Source: Candidatus Omnitrophota bacterium
Lineage (GTDB): Bacteria; Omnitrophota; Gorgyraeia; Gygaellales; Profunditerraquicolaceae
NCBI GenBank assembly: GCA_003598025.1
Contig: QZKH01000006.1
Coordinates: 108,035-172,034 of the forward strand
Reading direction: 5' to 3'
Length of the DNA: 64,000 nt
Below, one piece after another: positions 48,825-57,962 of this stretch. Each line of letters opens with the position of its first letter. Within the stretch, counting starts at the first letter, position 1. The translations under genes were made by a program, and so were the position numbers. The notes beneath the pieces were generated by a model that did not search any database, was not told the DNA's origin, and saw only the letters and a program-made list of their open reading frames with translations.

Positions 48825-49493
48825 ATGCCGGAAATAACCGCAGCAAAAGAACCATTCAGGTTTTATACAAGGCTGCATCTTACCGAGCTTACAGGTTTTA
48901 GGGCCTCAACCCTGACGCAGCTGCTTAATTTAATCAAAGAAGTCCCCGGTTCGAGCATATATCATCATACACACAGGTTTTTGCAGCAGCATCAGCAATT
49001 TTCTCCTGAACCGCCGAATGATTTTTCTTATTGGGCCGTAGAGATACTCGGAGAGGATGATTTGGGAGAGAGGCTGGCCAGCGTTGATACCATACAATAC
49101 CCGACCATACGCAGCCTGCGCGAGAAAATCATTGAAACGATTGAAAATTACCTCGAAGAAGACCCGACTGCAAAACTAAGGTTTGCGCACAAGGGCGAGG
49201 AATTCCATTTTGCAAAATCAGTAAGTTTTGTCTTTCCCACTAATTATATTGCCGCAAATCTAAAAGAATTTGCTGAGATCCTTAAAAAAATAACAATAGA
49301 TTCGATTTATTTCCATATTTTTGAGGCAAGGCTCAGGCTTGAAAAGAAGGCCAATGATTTTTCTTACTGGATAGATACTTCCTTGGGGGATAAAGAGCTG
49401 GCAGATGGGATTTCACGCCTTGACCCTTACACGTATACACTTGAAGACCTTAGGCGTAAAATTGTAGCTATGGTTGAAAGAAAGATAAAGTGA
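48825..49493 (+). CDS. hypothetical protein with internal duplication
   Basis: Two ~45-aa repeats, each beginning NDFSYW. Lies between otsB and treT. Confidence 0.4.
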   Translation: MPEITAAKEPFRFYTRLHLTELTGFRASTLTQLLNLIKEVPGSSIYHHTHRFLQQHQQFSPEPPNDFSYWAVEILGEDDLGERLASVDTIQYPTIRSLREKIIETIENYLEEDPTAKLRFAHKGEEFHFAKSVSFVFPTNYIAANLKEFAEILKKITIDSIYFHIFEARLRLEKKANDFSYWIDTSLGDKELADGISRLDPYTYTLEDLRRKIVAMVERKIK

Positions 49494-49494
49494 T

Positions 49495-50706
49495 ATGGTA
49501 AAGATAGAAGAATATGTTTCTATAGTCGGTGAATCTGTTATTGAAGACTTAAAGCTTGTTGCTGACAGGCTAAAAGGCAAAGTGATCCAGCATATTAATT
49601 CAACTGCGGTAGGAGGCGGGGTAGCGGAGATTTTAAACAGGATGGTTCCTTTGTTAAAAGAATTAGGCGTTGATTGCCGCTGGGACCTGATTAAAGGCGG
49701 GGAGCAGTTTTTTGATGTTACCAAGAAATTTCATAACGCCTTGCATGGGCGCAGAGAGGATATCACGCAAAAGGATTTTGATATTTTCCTTGAGACCAGC
49801 AATAAGAATATCGAAGAGGTAAACACTTACGGGGATATTGTGTTTATCCATGACCCCCAGCCCATTGCGTTAATCAAGAAGAAAGCCCAAAATAAATGGT
49901 TGTGGAGATGCCACATTGATGTCTCAGAGCCTAATAAAAAACTTTGGGATTTTCTTAGGGAATATATAGTGCAGTATGATTCTGTCGTATTTTCTACTCC
50001 GGGATTTTCACAAAAATTGCCCATAAGGCAGTTTTTGATATCTCCGTCTATAGATCCATTAAGCGATAAAAATAAAGAACTGCCTGAGGACCTGATTGCA
50101 GCAGTACTCAGGAAATACGGCGTGCCGGATGATAAGCCTATAGTTACACAGATCTCGCGTTTTGACAGGCTCAAGGATCCGATAGGGGTAATAAAGGCAT
50201 ATAAGCTGGTAAAGAAATATATTGATTGCCGCCTTATATTGGCAGGCGGCACGGCCAGCGATGATCCGGAAGGTATTAAAGTCCTTGAAGAAGTCAGAGA
50301 GCATTCTCAGGGAGATAAGGATATACATATTTTGCTTATGCCGCAAAACGACATCGAGATCAATGCCCTTCAGAGGGCCTCAGCTGTATTGGTACAGAAA
50401 TCATTAAAAGAGGGATTTGGATTGACCGTTTCCGAGGCCTTATGGAAAGCAAAACCTGTTGTTGCCTCTAACGTCGGAGGCATACCATTGCAGATCAAAC
50501 ATAAGTATTCTGGGCTGCTTTGTCATTCTATAGAAGGAGCTGCGTTTGAAATAAAGCAGTTATTGAACAGCCCCGAATACGCAAAGCGCCTTGGAACAAA
50601 CGGCAAAGAACACATAAGAAACAATTTCCTGCTTACCCGCCATTTGAAGGATTATATGTTGTTATTTCTCTCTCTTTACCATCCCGAAGATATAGTGTAT
50701 TTATAG
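49495..50706 (+). CDS. treT: trehalose glycosyltransferring synthase TreT-like GT4 glycosyltransferase
   Basis: N-terminus LEEYVSIVGE...HINSTAVGGGVAEILNRMVPLLKELGV...FFDVTKKFHNALHG closely follows the archaeal/Thermotoga TreT pattern. Confidence 0.65.
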   Translation: MVKIEEYVSIVGESVIEDLKLVADRLKGKVIQHINSTAVGGGVAEILNRMVPLLKELGVDCRWDLIKGGEQFFDVTKKFHNALHGRREDITQKDFDIFLETSNKNIEEVNTYGDIVFIHDPQPIALIKKKAQNKWLWRCHIDVSEPNKKLWDFLREYIVQYDSVVFSTPGFSQKLPIRQFLISPSIDPLSDKNKELPEDLIAAVLRKYGVPDDKPIVTQISRFDRLKDPIGVIKAYKLVKKYIDCRLILAGGTASDDPEGIKVLEEVREHSQGDKDIHILLMPQNDIEINALQRASAVLVQKSLKEGFGLTVSEALWKAKPVVASNVGGIPLQIKHKYSGLLCHSIEGAAFEIKQLLNSPEYAKRLGTNGKEHIRNNFLLTRHLKDYMLLFLSLYHPEDIVYL

Positions 50707-50737
50707 CACGGTTATCATCAGGGGCAATGCATCCTAG

Positions 50738-51583
50738 TTATTTTTTAGAGGCATAAATTATCCAGCTGTAGTCAATATTATCCAAAGTGATGCCGGAAGG
50801 TAGGCTTGGTATTTGAATGTTATAGCCGGCGTTTTTAAGTATGGCGGTTAGTTTATGGCTATCAACACCGTAATTAGGCCACAAATATGGGTGGCATTCT
50901 ATCGCAATAAATCTTGGGTAACCGGATTCCCGCAGTAATATGTTCTTTGCGCCAAGGAGAATATCCATTTCGAATCCCTCAGTATCTATTTTTAATATAT
51001 CGATTTTCTTTTCAGTAAAGATATTATCCATGGCCTGTGATTCAACCGTAAAAGATGCACCGGAGTTATTTTCCGTATGGCTGATAATGTGGCTTTCTGA
51101 AAATTCTTTATTTATTCTCAGTATAGATTTGTTGGCAGCCAGTGCGATATTCAATGGTTTAACTATGTTTAAAACTTCGTTCAATGCAATATTTTCTTTT
51201 AATACTTCGAAATTTACCGGGTTAGGCTCAAATGCTATGACTTCTCCGGATTCTCCTGTTTTTTTGGCGAGCAAAACAGCAAGGATCCCAATATATGAAC
51301 CGGCATCAACTACAGTATCTCCGGGCCTTACTTCGTCTATTATCTTTTTCCACCAGGTAATCTCTTTAAGGGGCGGGTCTAAAAAGAATTCTTTGTGTCT
51401 GTTGTGAATGTATACGTGGCCTATCCCGTCTATTATCCTTACAACCTTGTTTTTAAAGGCCAACTTTAATATGGCTGCATGCAGGGGCTCGAGTTTCCTT
51501 AAGTGTGGTCTGATTCTATTCAGCCATGGCAGTCGCCTTAAGCCATGGGCGATATTCTCAAATATGATAAGTATTCTTTTCAT
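50738..51583 (-). CDS. FkbM-family SAM-dependent methyltransferase
   Basis: VVDAGSYIGILAVLLAKK SAM-binding motif. It is one of only four substantial minus-strand genes in the window. Confidence 0.75.
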   Translation of the reverse strand: MKRILIIFENIAHGLRRLPWLNRIRPHLRKLEPLHAAILKLAFKNKVVRIIDGIGHVYIHNRHKEFFLDPPLKEITWWKKIIDEVRPGDTVVDAGSYIGILAVLLAKKTGESGEVIAFEPNPVNFEVLKENIALNEVLNIVKPLNIALAANKSILRINKEFSESHIISHTENNSGASFTVESQAMDNIFTEKKIDILKIDTEGFEMDILLGAKNILLRESGYPRFIAIECHPYLWPNYGVDSHKLTAILKNAGYNIQIPSLPSGITLDNIDYSWIIYASKK

Positions 51584-51725
51584 AATGTTTATCTTAACAT
51601 TCGCAAGTAATAAGTCAATGGTTATGGTATGATAAAAAGCGGCTATATTGGTTATTAAGTAAATATTAATCTTGAATAGAATTTCGCTTAGGATATAATA
51701 TTAGACCTGAAGATTTAAAATATCT

Positions 51726-51738
51726 TGCGCCCATAGCT
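51726..51738 (+). repeat. 5' fragment copy of tRNA-Arg (gcgcccatagctcaat)
   Basis: Matches the first ~16 nt of the downstream tRNA-Arg gene. Confidence 0.5.
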
Positions 51739-51845
51739 CAATCCCTCGGCATCTAGCCCTCGGGACTCCGCGGCAAGCAAAATTAAGCTTGCCTTGTCGT
51801 TGGATAAAGGAACTTTCGCTATGTGCGATATTGACAAAATATCTT

Positions 51846-51919
51846 GCGCCCATAGCTCAATTGGATAGAGCACTTGCCTACGGAGCAAGTTGTTGCTGGT
51901 TCAACTCCAGCTGGGCGCA
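51846..51919 (+). tRNA. tRNA-Arg(ACG)
   Basis: Same body as tRNA-Arg(UCG) at 18514 but with anticodon stem CTTGC/GCAAG and loop CTACGGA. Confidence 0.85.
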
Positions 51920-52027
51920 TTTAGGTTTTATCCTTCGATACATTCGCCCTGCGGGTTCATTTGCTCAGGATGGTTCGACTTGTGGTGAGCAAGCGACCCT
52001 TTGATAAGCCTAGGGGAGCGCGTCGAA

Positions 52028-52047
52028 TCACTCCAGTTGGGCGCATT
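52028..52047 (+). repeat. degenerate 3' fragment copy of tRNA-Arg (tcactccagttgggcgca)
   Basis: Matches tRNA 3' end ctccagctgggcgca with one substitution, 108 bp downstream of the gene. Confidence 0.45.
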
Positions 52048-52105
52048 TATTTGATAATTCTGTGGGCCACAAGGCCACAATAATACCTAACGCATTTTCC
52101 TTCCT

Positions 52106-52564
52106 ATGAACAAAATCGACGAAAACTACATGGCTGAAGCCTTGAAAGAGGCTAAAACCGCTTTCGATGAAGATGAGGTGCCGGTAGGGGCAGTCATTGT
52201 TTATCAGGGAAAGATCATCTCCCGGGGTCACAATCAGGTAGAGCGTTTAAAAGACCCAAGCGCACATGCAGAGATGCTTGCCTTGACTTCTGCCTCTAGT
52301 TATCTTGGGACAAAGTGGTTGAACGGGGCATCTTTGTATGTTACAATTGAACCTTGTAGTATGTGCGCAGGAGCACTTGTCCTGGCGCGTATAGACAGGA
52401 TAATTTTCGGGGCGCAAGACCCTAAAACAGGAGCCTGCGGTTCAGTTATAAATATCTCTAATAATAAAAGATTAAACCATCATATAAAGGTAAATAATGG
52501 CATTCTGGCCAAAGAATGCGGGGAGTTATTAAGTAGCTTTTTCAAAAAGAAGAGGCAGAAATAA
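52106..52564 (+). CDS. tadA: tRNA-specific adenosine-34 deaminase
   Basis: HAEMLAL...PCSMCAGAL CDA zinc motifs. Confidence 0.85.
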   Translation: MNKIDENYMAEALKEAKTAFDEDEVPVGAVIVYQGKIISRGHNQVERLKDPSAHAEMLALTSASSYLGTKWLNGASLYVTIEPCSMCAGALVLARIDRIIFGAQDPKTGACGSVINISNNKRLNHHIKVNNGILAKECGELLSSFFKKKRQK

Positions 52565-52665
52565 GTTAGTTCACAGATAACAGTTCACAGTGCACAGCAT
52601 TGGGACCTGCTCTTTTCCATGAACCATGAACTATGAACTAAACTTACTTATAGATGCTAATTTTT

Positions 52666-52754
52666 GGAGAGGTGGCTGAGCGGCCGAAAGCAAATCACTG
52701 CTAATGATTTGGCTGGGGAAACCTGGCCCCTGGGTTCGAATCCCAGCCTCTCCG
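52666..52754 (+). tRNA. tRNA-Ser(GCU)
   Basis: Class II tRNA, anticodon stem AAATCA/TGATTT, loop CTGCTAA, long variable arm. Confidence 0.8.
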
Positions 52755-52939
52755 TTCTTCTTCGCTCAAACATTTTCATGTTTGAGCTACGAAGCAACGA
52801 GTTTTTCTCACATAAGCGTTTTAGTGTTTGAGTTACGAAGCAACAGCCATTTCTCTAAACAGGAGAAGAAGAATTGCTGCGAAGCCCCACCGTAATCTTA
52901 GTAAGCTATGGGCGTAGCAGAAAATAGTTATTCCAAGTA

Positions 52940-53203
52940 ATGCACACAGTTTATGTTCTGAGAAGCAAGAATTGTCCTCAACGTTTGTACATTGGCTTGA
53001 CTGAGAATTTATAAAACAGGGTGAAAGAACACAATACCGGTAAATCACGGTATAGCAAAATTTATGCTCCTTGGGATTTAGAGGTTTGCATTGATTTCAA
53101 ATATAAATCTCAAGCCGTTAGCTTCGAGAAATACTTAAAATCCGGCTCTGGGTTTGCTTTTTTGAAGAGACACTTGCTGCCTGAATCTAATCCTGTCGGG
53201 TAA
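52940..53203 (+). pseudogene. GIY-YIG nuclease-family small protein interrupted by an in-frame TAA
   Basis: The ATG at 52940 gives MHTVYVLRSKNCPQRLYIGLTENL, then TAA at 53012-53014, then in frame NRVKEHNTGKSRYSKIYAPWDLEV. The canonical sequence is YIGxTxNLKNRVKEHN. Confidence 0.55.
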
Positions 53204-53243
53204 TTAGTAAAACACATTTTAATCTATAGATTAACTTTAAACT

Positions 53244-54827
53244 ATGTCCTACACAGTATTCGCATTAAAATGGCGGCCGTTGACATTTGATGAGATTGTC
53301 GGCCAGCAACACATAGTTTCAACCCTTAAAAGCGCAATAGAAAAAAACCGCCTTGCGCATGCCTATCTTTTCGCCGGGCCAAGGGGAGTGGGAAAGACTT
53401 CTACAGCCAGAATATTGGCAAAATCTCTAAATTGCAAAAATGGCCCGACAACCAAGCCTTGTAATACCTGCCCTTCTTGTAATGATATTACTCAAGGCAG
53501 AAGCATGAATGTTATTGAGATCGATGGTGCTTCTAATAGGGGCATAGATGAAATAAGGACCCTGAGGGAAAATGTCAAATTCGCTCCTATACAGGGAAAA
53601 TATAAGATTTATATCATAGATGAAGTACATATGCTCACCACCGAAGCTTTCAACGCTCTGCTTAAAACCCTTGAGGAACCACCGGAATTCGTAAAATTTA
53701 TATTTGCGACAACCCAGCCAAGCAAAGTACTTGCGACAATACTTTCCAGGTGCCAGCGTTTTGATTTTCGCAGGATAACCATGTCAGAGATCGTTGAGCA
53801 ACTGGAGAAGATAACCAAGCAGGAAAAAGTCAATGTCGACAGGCAGGTCCTTTTTTCTATTGCTAAAAGCAGCGAAGGCTCATTAAGGGACGCAGAATCT
53901 ATATTGGACCAGCTTGTTTCTTTTTCTGGGGAGAGCATTTCTTTGAATGATGTTATCTCAGTCTTAGGCTTGGTCGAGCAGGATATTTTATTTGAGATAA
54001 CCGATATGATACTGAATAATGATGCACAAGCTGTCCTTAACCTTCTTAATAAGGTATCGGATGAGGGTAAGGACCTAACAGTCTTTTTAAATCTTTTTAT
54101 TGAGCATTTCCGTAACCTGATGGTCGCAAAAGTAGCCAGGCAAGACCTTGCGTTGATTGATCTGCCGCAGGAGTTTAGCAGCAGGCTTTCTAAGCAGTCT
54201 GAAAGTTTTACCTTAAGCGAAATTTTTAGTGCCCTGAATATATTAATCAGCGCCCAGGAGATGGCCAAGAGGTTTGATTCCTTACGTATACCTCTTGAGA
54301 TAGCTTTGGTGAGGCTTGCTCATGCGGGCAGCAAAGAAAAGAATACTATAAAAGAACCAGAAAAGAAGATAAAGGCTGCTGTGAATGATATGCCTTTACC
54401 GAAGGAAAAACCAATGCATGCCGTGCGGGCCAAACCTAAAGAAACACCTCCTGCTGAAGAAAACACAGTGCCTGAACCGGAATCCTATATAACTTTGGAG
54501 CGGATAAAAGACGCCTGGCAGAACATAATTGCTGAAATAGGCAAGGTTAAGATGTCGGTTGCCACTTATTTAAGCGAAGGCAGCCCTGTAAAATGCGAGA
54601 AAAATGTTTTAACGGTAAGTTTCGCCAAGAACCATCTCTTACACAAAGAGTCTCTTGAAAAGAAAGATAATAAAGACCTGGTTGAAAAGCTTATATTAGA
54701 GCTCACTAAGGCGCGTGTCAGGATTAATTTCCTGCTTTCTAAAGAAGAGCATAAACAGGAATCCCAGGAAAGCTCACCTTTCTTAAAAAATGTGCTTAAT
54801 ACTTTTAAGGGGAGGCTTATAAGTTAG
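53244..54827 (+). CDS. dnaX: DNA polymerase III subunit gamma/tau
   Basis: AAA+ GPRGVGKTS Walker A plus Zn module CNTCPSCNDI. Confidence 0.9.
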   Translation: MSYTVFALKWRPLTFDEIVGQQHIVSTLKSAIEKNRLAHAYLFAGPRGVGKTSTARILAKSLNCKNGPTTKPCNTCPSCNDITQGRSMNVIEIDGASNRGIDEIRTLRENVKFAPIQGKYKIYIIDEVHMLTTEAFNALLKTLEEPPEFVKFIFATTQPSKVLATILSRCQRFDFRRITMSEIVEQLEKITKQEKVNVDRQVLFSIAKSSEGSLRDAESILDQLVSFSGESISLNDVISVLGLVEQDILFEITDMILNNDAQAVLNLLNKVSDEGKDLTVFLNLFIEHFRNLMVAKVARQDLALIDLPQEFSSRLSKQSESFTLSEIFSALNILISAQEMAKRFDSLRIPLEIALVRLAHAGSKEKNTIKEPEKKIKAAVNDMPLPKEKPMHAVRAKPKETPPAEENTVPEPESYITLERIKDAWQNIIAEIGKVKMSVATYLSEGSPVKCEKNVLTVSFAKNHLLHKESLEKKDNKDLVEKLILELTKARVRINFLLSKEEHKQESQESSPFLKNVLNTFKGRLIS

Positions 54828-54829
54828 AT

Positions 54830-55432
54830 ATGGCAAATTATACAGAGACAATCGAGAGACTTATCGAAAGGCTCACTAAACTACCCGGCATAGGCAGGCG
54901 CAGCGCAGAGCGTATTGTCGGCTATATCCTTAATAGCGCCTCTGTTGATGAAGTAAAGGTTTTGGCAGAGCTTATCAATAAAGTAAAAGAAAATGTGAAG
55001 AGCTGCCGGATCTGCAATAATTTAAGCGAAGAAGAAACATGCAGAATCTGCAAAGATGTACGCAGAAGAAAAGATTTGATCTGTATAGTTGAAAATCCCA
55101 GCGATGTGAATGCGATTGAAAAAGCGGGGAATTTTACGGGCGTCTACCATGTCCTTATGGGTTCGATTTCCCCTCTGGAGGGCAGGGGGCCTTCGGAACT
55201 TAAGATAGATAGCCTGATAAAGAGGATAAAAGAAGATAATGTTAAAGAGATAGTCATTGCTACCGATGCAGATACAGACGGGGAAACCACCGCTATGTAT
55301 CTTATGAAATTGCTCAAACCTTTAGGTATTCAGATTTCCCGTATCGGAGTAGGTATACCTATGGGTTCGAATCTTGAGTATGCAGACTCTGCAACCTTAG
55401 CCAAGGCCCTGGAATCTCGCCGCACAATCTAA
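54830..55432 (+). CDS. recR: recombination protein RecR
   Basis: HhH, C4 zinc finger (CRICNNLSEEETCRIC) and Toprim. Confidence 0.9.
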   Translation: MANYTETIERLIERLTKLPGIGRRSAERIVGYILNSASVDEVKVLAELINKVKENVKSCRICNNLSEEETCRICKDVRRRKDLICIVENPSDVNAIEKAGNFTGVYHVLMGSISPLEGRGPSELKIDSLIKRIKEDNVKEIVIATDADTDGETTAMYLMKLLKPLGIQISRIGVGIPMGSNLEYADSATLAKALESRRTI

Positions 55433-55436
55433 TCCG

Positions 55437-57368
55437 ATGATTACTATAACAAATCTTTCAAAAAGTTACGGCAAAAAGGAACTTTTTAGGAACGTTTCTT
55501 TAACCATTAACCGCGGGGAAAAAATCGGGCTTATCGGCCCTAACGGCGCGGGGAAAAGCACGCTTTTTTACCTTATCCTGAAAGAGCTTGAGCCGTCTTC
55601 CGGGGATGTGCATGTGCAGAAAAATACGCATATAGGATACCTGCCTCAAGAAGCAAGCTTTCATTCTGAGAGGACAATATTACAGGAATTGACCGAGGGG
55701 GATAAGAGGGTGTTAAGTCTGCGTAAGGAGAAAAGGGAGCTAGAAGATAAGAATGAGGCAGGTTCTCTAAGATACGGCGAAATACTGCATGCATTGGAAT
55801 CATTAGGTTTTTTTGAGCTGGAGCATAAGGCAAAGAAAATACTTATGGGCCTGGGTTTTAAAGAGAAGGATTTTAACAGGCCGATAAAAGAATTAAGCGG
55901 TGGTTGGCAGATGCGCGTATTATTGGCTAATCTCCTTACCTATGCTTATGATATTTTATTACTGGATGAGCCTACGAACTATCTGGACCTGGGTGCTGCT
56001 CTTTGGTTAAAAGATTACCTGGAAGGCTTTGAGGGGACATTCATAATGATATCCCACGATAGGGATTTTCTTACGGATGTGACAAATTATACGTTGATAT
56101 TAGAGAACGGAAGTATTACTAAAGTGCATGGTAATTACGAACATTATGAGCAGATAAAAAATGAAAAGCGTAAATTTTTGCTGAAGCAATTTAAGGAACA
56201 AGAAAAGAAAAAAGAACAGCTAGAGAGGTTCGTTGAGCGTTTCCATGCCCAACCGAATAAAGCCGCATCTGTCCGTGCCAAGCGCAGGGTTTTGGAGAGA
56301 ATGGAAGAAGAGGCGGTAGTCTTACCGCCTGATCCGCGTGAAAGTATCGGCAGTTTTAAATTCCCCCAGGCCAGAAAAAGCGGGCATAGGGTCATCTCGT
56401 TAAAAAATATATCTAAATCATATGGTGATATCCAGGTATATAAAGATTTTGATTTTGAGATTATGCAGAATGAAAAGGCAGTACTTGCCGGCGAGAACGG
56501 TGCGGGAAAATCCACGTTATTAAAGATACTTGCAGGAGTTATAGATATTGATAACGGAGAAAGGGCTATAGGCTACAATGTAGATATAGGTTATTTTTCG
56601 CAGACCAGGATGGATGTGCTTAATCCCGAGAATACGGTTTTAGAAGAAGCATATACCGCAAGCCCAGGCTCCATGGCAGAGGAAGTGGTGCGCACTATTT
56701 TAGGAGCTTTTTTATTTACCGGAGATGATTCTGATAAAAAAGTCAAAGTATTATCAGGAGGAGAAAAGAGCAGGCTTATACTTGCCAAACTTCTAATTGA
56801 CCCGCCGAATTTTCTTTTGCTTGATGAGCCTACTACTCATCTTGATGTAGATGCGGTCGATGCCTTGATAATGGCGCTTAAAGATTATGAAGGCACGCTT
56901 GTTTTTATCAGCCATGACATACATTTTGTGCGCTCTGTGGCAAATGTAGTCTTTGAGGTAAAAGATGGGAAAGTGAGGAAATTCCCCGGCAATTTTGATT
57001 ATTATTTGGAGAAGAGGTCTACCGAACTAAACGTCCTTCCTGAAAAAAACATAAAACGCGATAAGAATAAAGTGGCTTTAGAAGAAGCAAGAGAACTAAA
57101 GAAACTCGAAGAAAAGAGGAAGAGAGAAGAAGAAAAGAAACGCAAATCGTATAATGATGCGATTCGTGATAAGATTACGAAGTTGGTAAAGGAAAAGCAA
57201 GAGTTGAACCTGGAAAGTTATGCTAAGTCCCGCGCTTTGTCGAATCCCAGGATATTCCGCGATGAAGAAACTGTTAAAGCATATGGCAGAAGGCTTAAAG
57301 AGATAGAAAAGCTTTTACAGGAGATAGATAAGGGAATTGAAGATTTAAAGTCACAGATTATTAGATAA
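55437..57368 (+). CDS. ABC-F family ATPase (two ABC domains, coiled-coil C-terminus)
   Basis: Two Walker A sites (GPNGAGKST, GENGAGKST) and two LSGG signatures. No TMD. Confidence 0.85.
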   Translation: MITITNLSKSYGKKELFRNVSLTINRGEKIGLIGPNGAGKSTLFYLILKELEPSSGDVHVQKNTHIGYLPQEASFHSERTILQELTEGDKRVLSLRKEKRELEDKNEAGSLRYGEILHALESLGFFELEHKAKKILMGLGFKEKDFNRPIKELSGGWQMRVLLANLLTYAYDILLLDEPTNYLDLGAALWLKDYLEGFEGTFIMISHDRDFLTDVTNYTLILENGSITKVHGNYEHYEQIKNEKRKFLLKQFKEQEKKKEQLERFVERFHAQPNKAASVRAKRRVLERMEEEAVVLPPDPRESIGSFKFPQARKSGHRVISLKNISKSYGDIQVYKDFDFEIMQNEKAVLAGENGAGKSTLLKILAGVIDIDNGERAIGYNVDIGYFSQTRMDVLNPENTVLEEAYTASPGSMAEEVVRTILGAFLFTGDDSDKKVKVLSGGEKSRLILAKLLIDPPNFLLLDEPTTHLDVDAVDALIMALKDYEGTLVFISHDIHFVRSVANVVFEVKDGKVRKFPGNFDYYLEKRSTELNVLPEKNIKRDKNKVALEEARELKKLEEKRKREEEKKRKSYNDAIRDKITKLVKEKQELNLESYAKSRALSNPRIFRDEETVKAYGRRLKEIEKLLQEIDKGIEDLKSQIIR

Positions 57369-57387
57369 GTGGCATTATAGCAACAAA

Positions 57388-57418
57388 AAGACCAGCAAAA
57401 AATATGCTGGTCTTTTTT
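57388..57418 (+). terminator. bidirectional rho-independent terminator
   Basis: aagaccagca-aaaaatat-gctggtctt followed by tttttaa. It is a member of a three-copy repeat family. Confidence 0.6.
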
Positions 57419-57490
57419 AATTTGGTTCCCGTATTGGATGAGTTTCCGAACCGGTGTATGACAGAGGAGGCAGAGGAAATGGCCGGTGAA

Positions 57491-57820
57491 TTAAACCTTA
57501 CAGCCGCAATTCTTGTTGCGTAAAATTTCTATTTGTTTTTTGCGGGAATCTACAAATACAGATTGTTTTTTGATACCGCTGGCAAGAATGCGATTGAGGC
57601 TACTGTAATGATGATATCCCCTAAGTTTCATTTCATTGGTAAGCATCTTATGTCTTACATATAGAGCCGCTAATTTACCTTTCCATCTCAAGGTTTCCGG
57701 ATGCCTAGAATATCCTTTTTTGTTGTTTGTTAAAATGGACCATACGGCATGCAATTCTCTATGTTCTCCCAATAGATGATTACGGCATAATTTTCTTGGT
57801 GCGATGTCCCATATTCTCAT
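57491..57820 (-). CDS. pyrimidine dimer DNA glycosylase (T4 endonuclease V / DenV family)
   Basis: MRIWDIAPRKLCRNHLLGEHRELHAVW...GYSRHPE matches the Pyr_excise family. Start moved to the internal M of the 125-aa ORF. Confidence 0.6.
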   Translation of the reverse strand: MRIWDIAPRKLCRNHLLGEHRELHAVWSILTNNKKGYSRHPETLRWKGKLAALYVRHKMLTNEMKLRGYHHYSSLNRILASGIKKQSVFVDSRKKQIEILRNKNCGCKV

Positions 57821-57962
57821 GTTTTTATAATACACAAAAACAAAACCCTCAGCAACATGTTTTGTCACAGAGGGTTAAGTTTAATTGGCTCCCCCAAGAC
57901 TACGATTTTCGCAACTTTCTAGAGGAGTTCACCGAATTGCGTCTAGCCATAGGGCGGAAATT

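Noticed and set aside
51789-52004. 71-aa + ORF spanning tRNA-Arg(ACG)
   Set aside because: Contains the entire tRNA sequence. Spurious.
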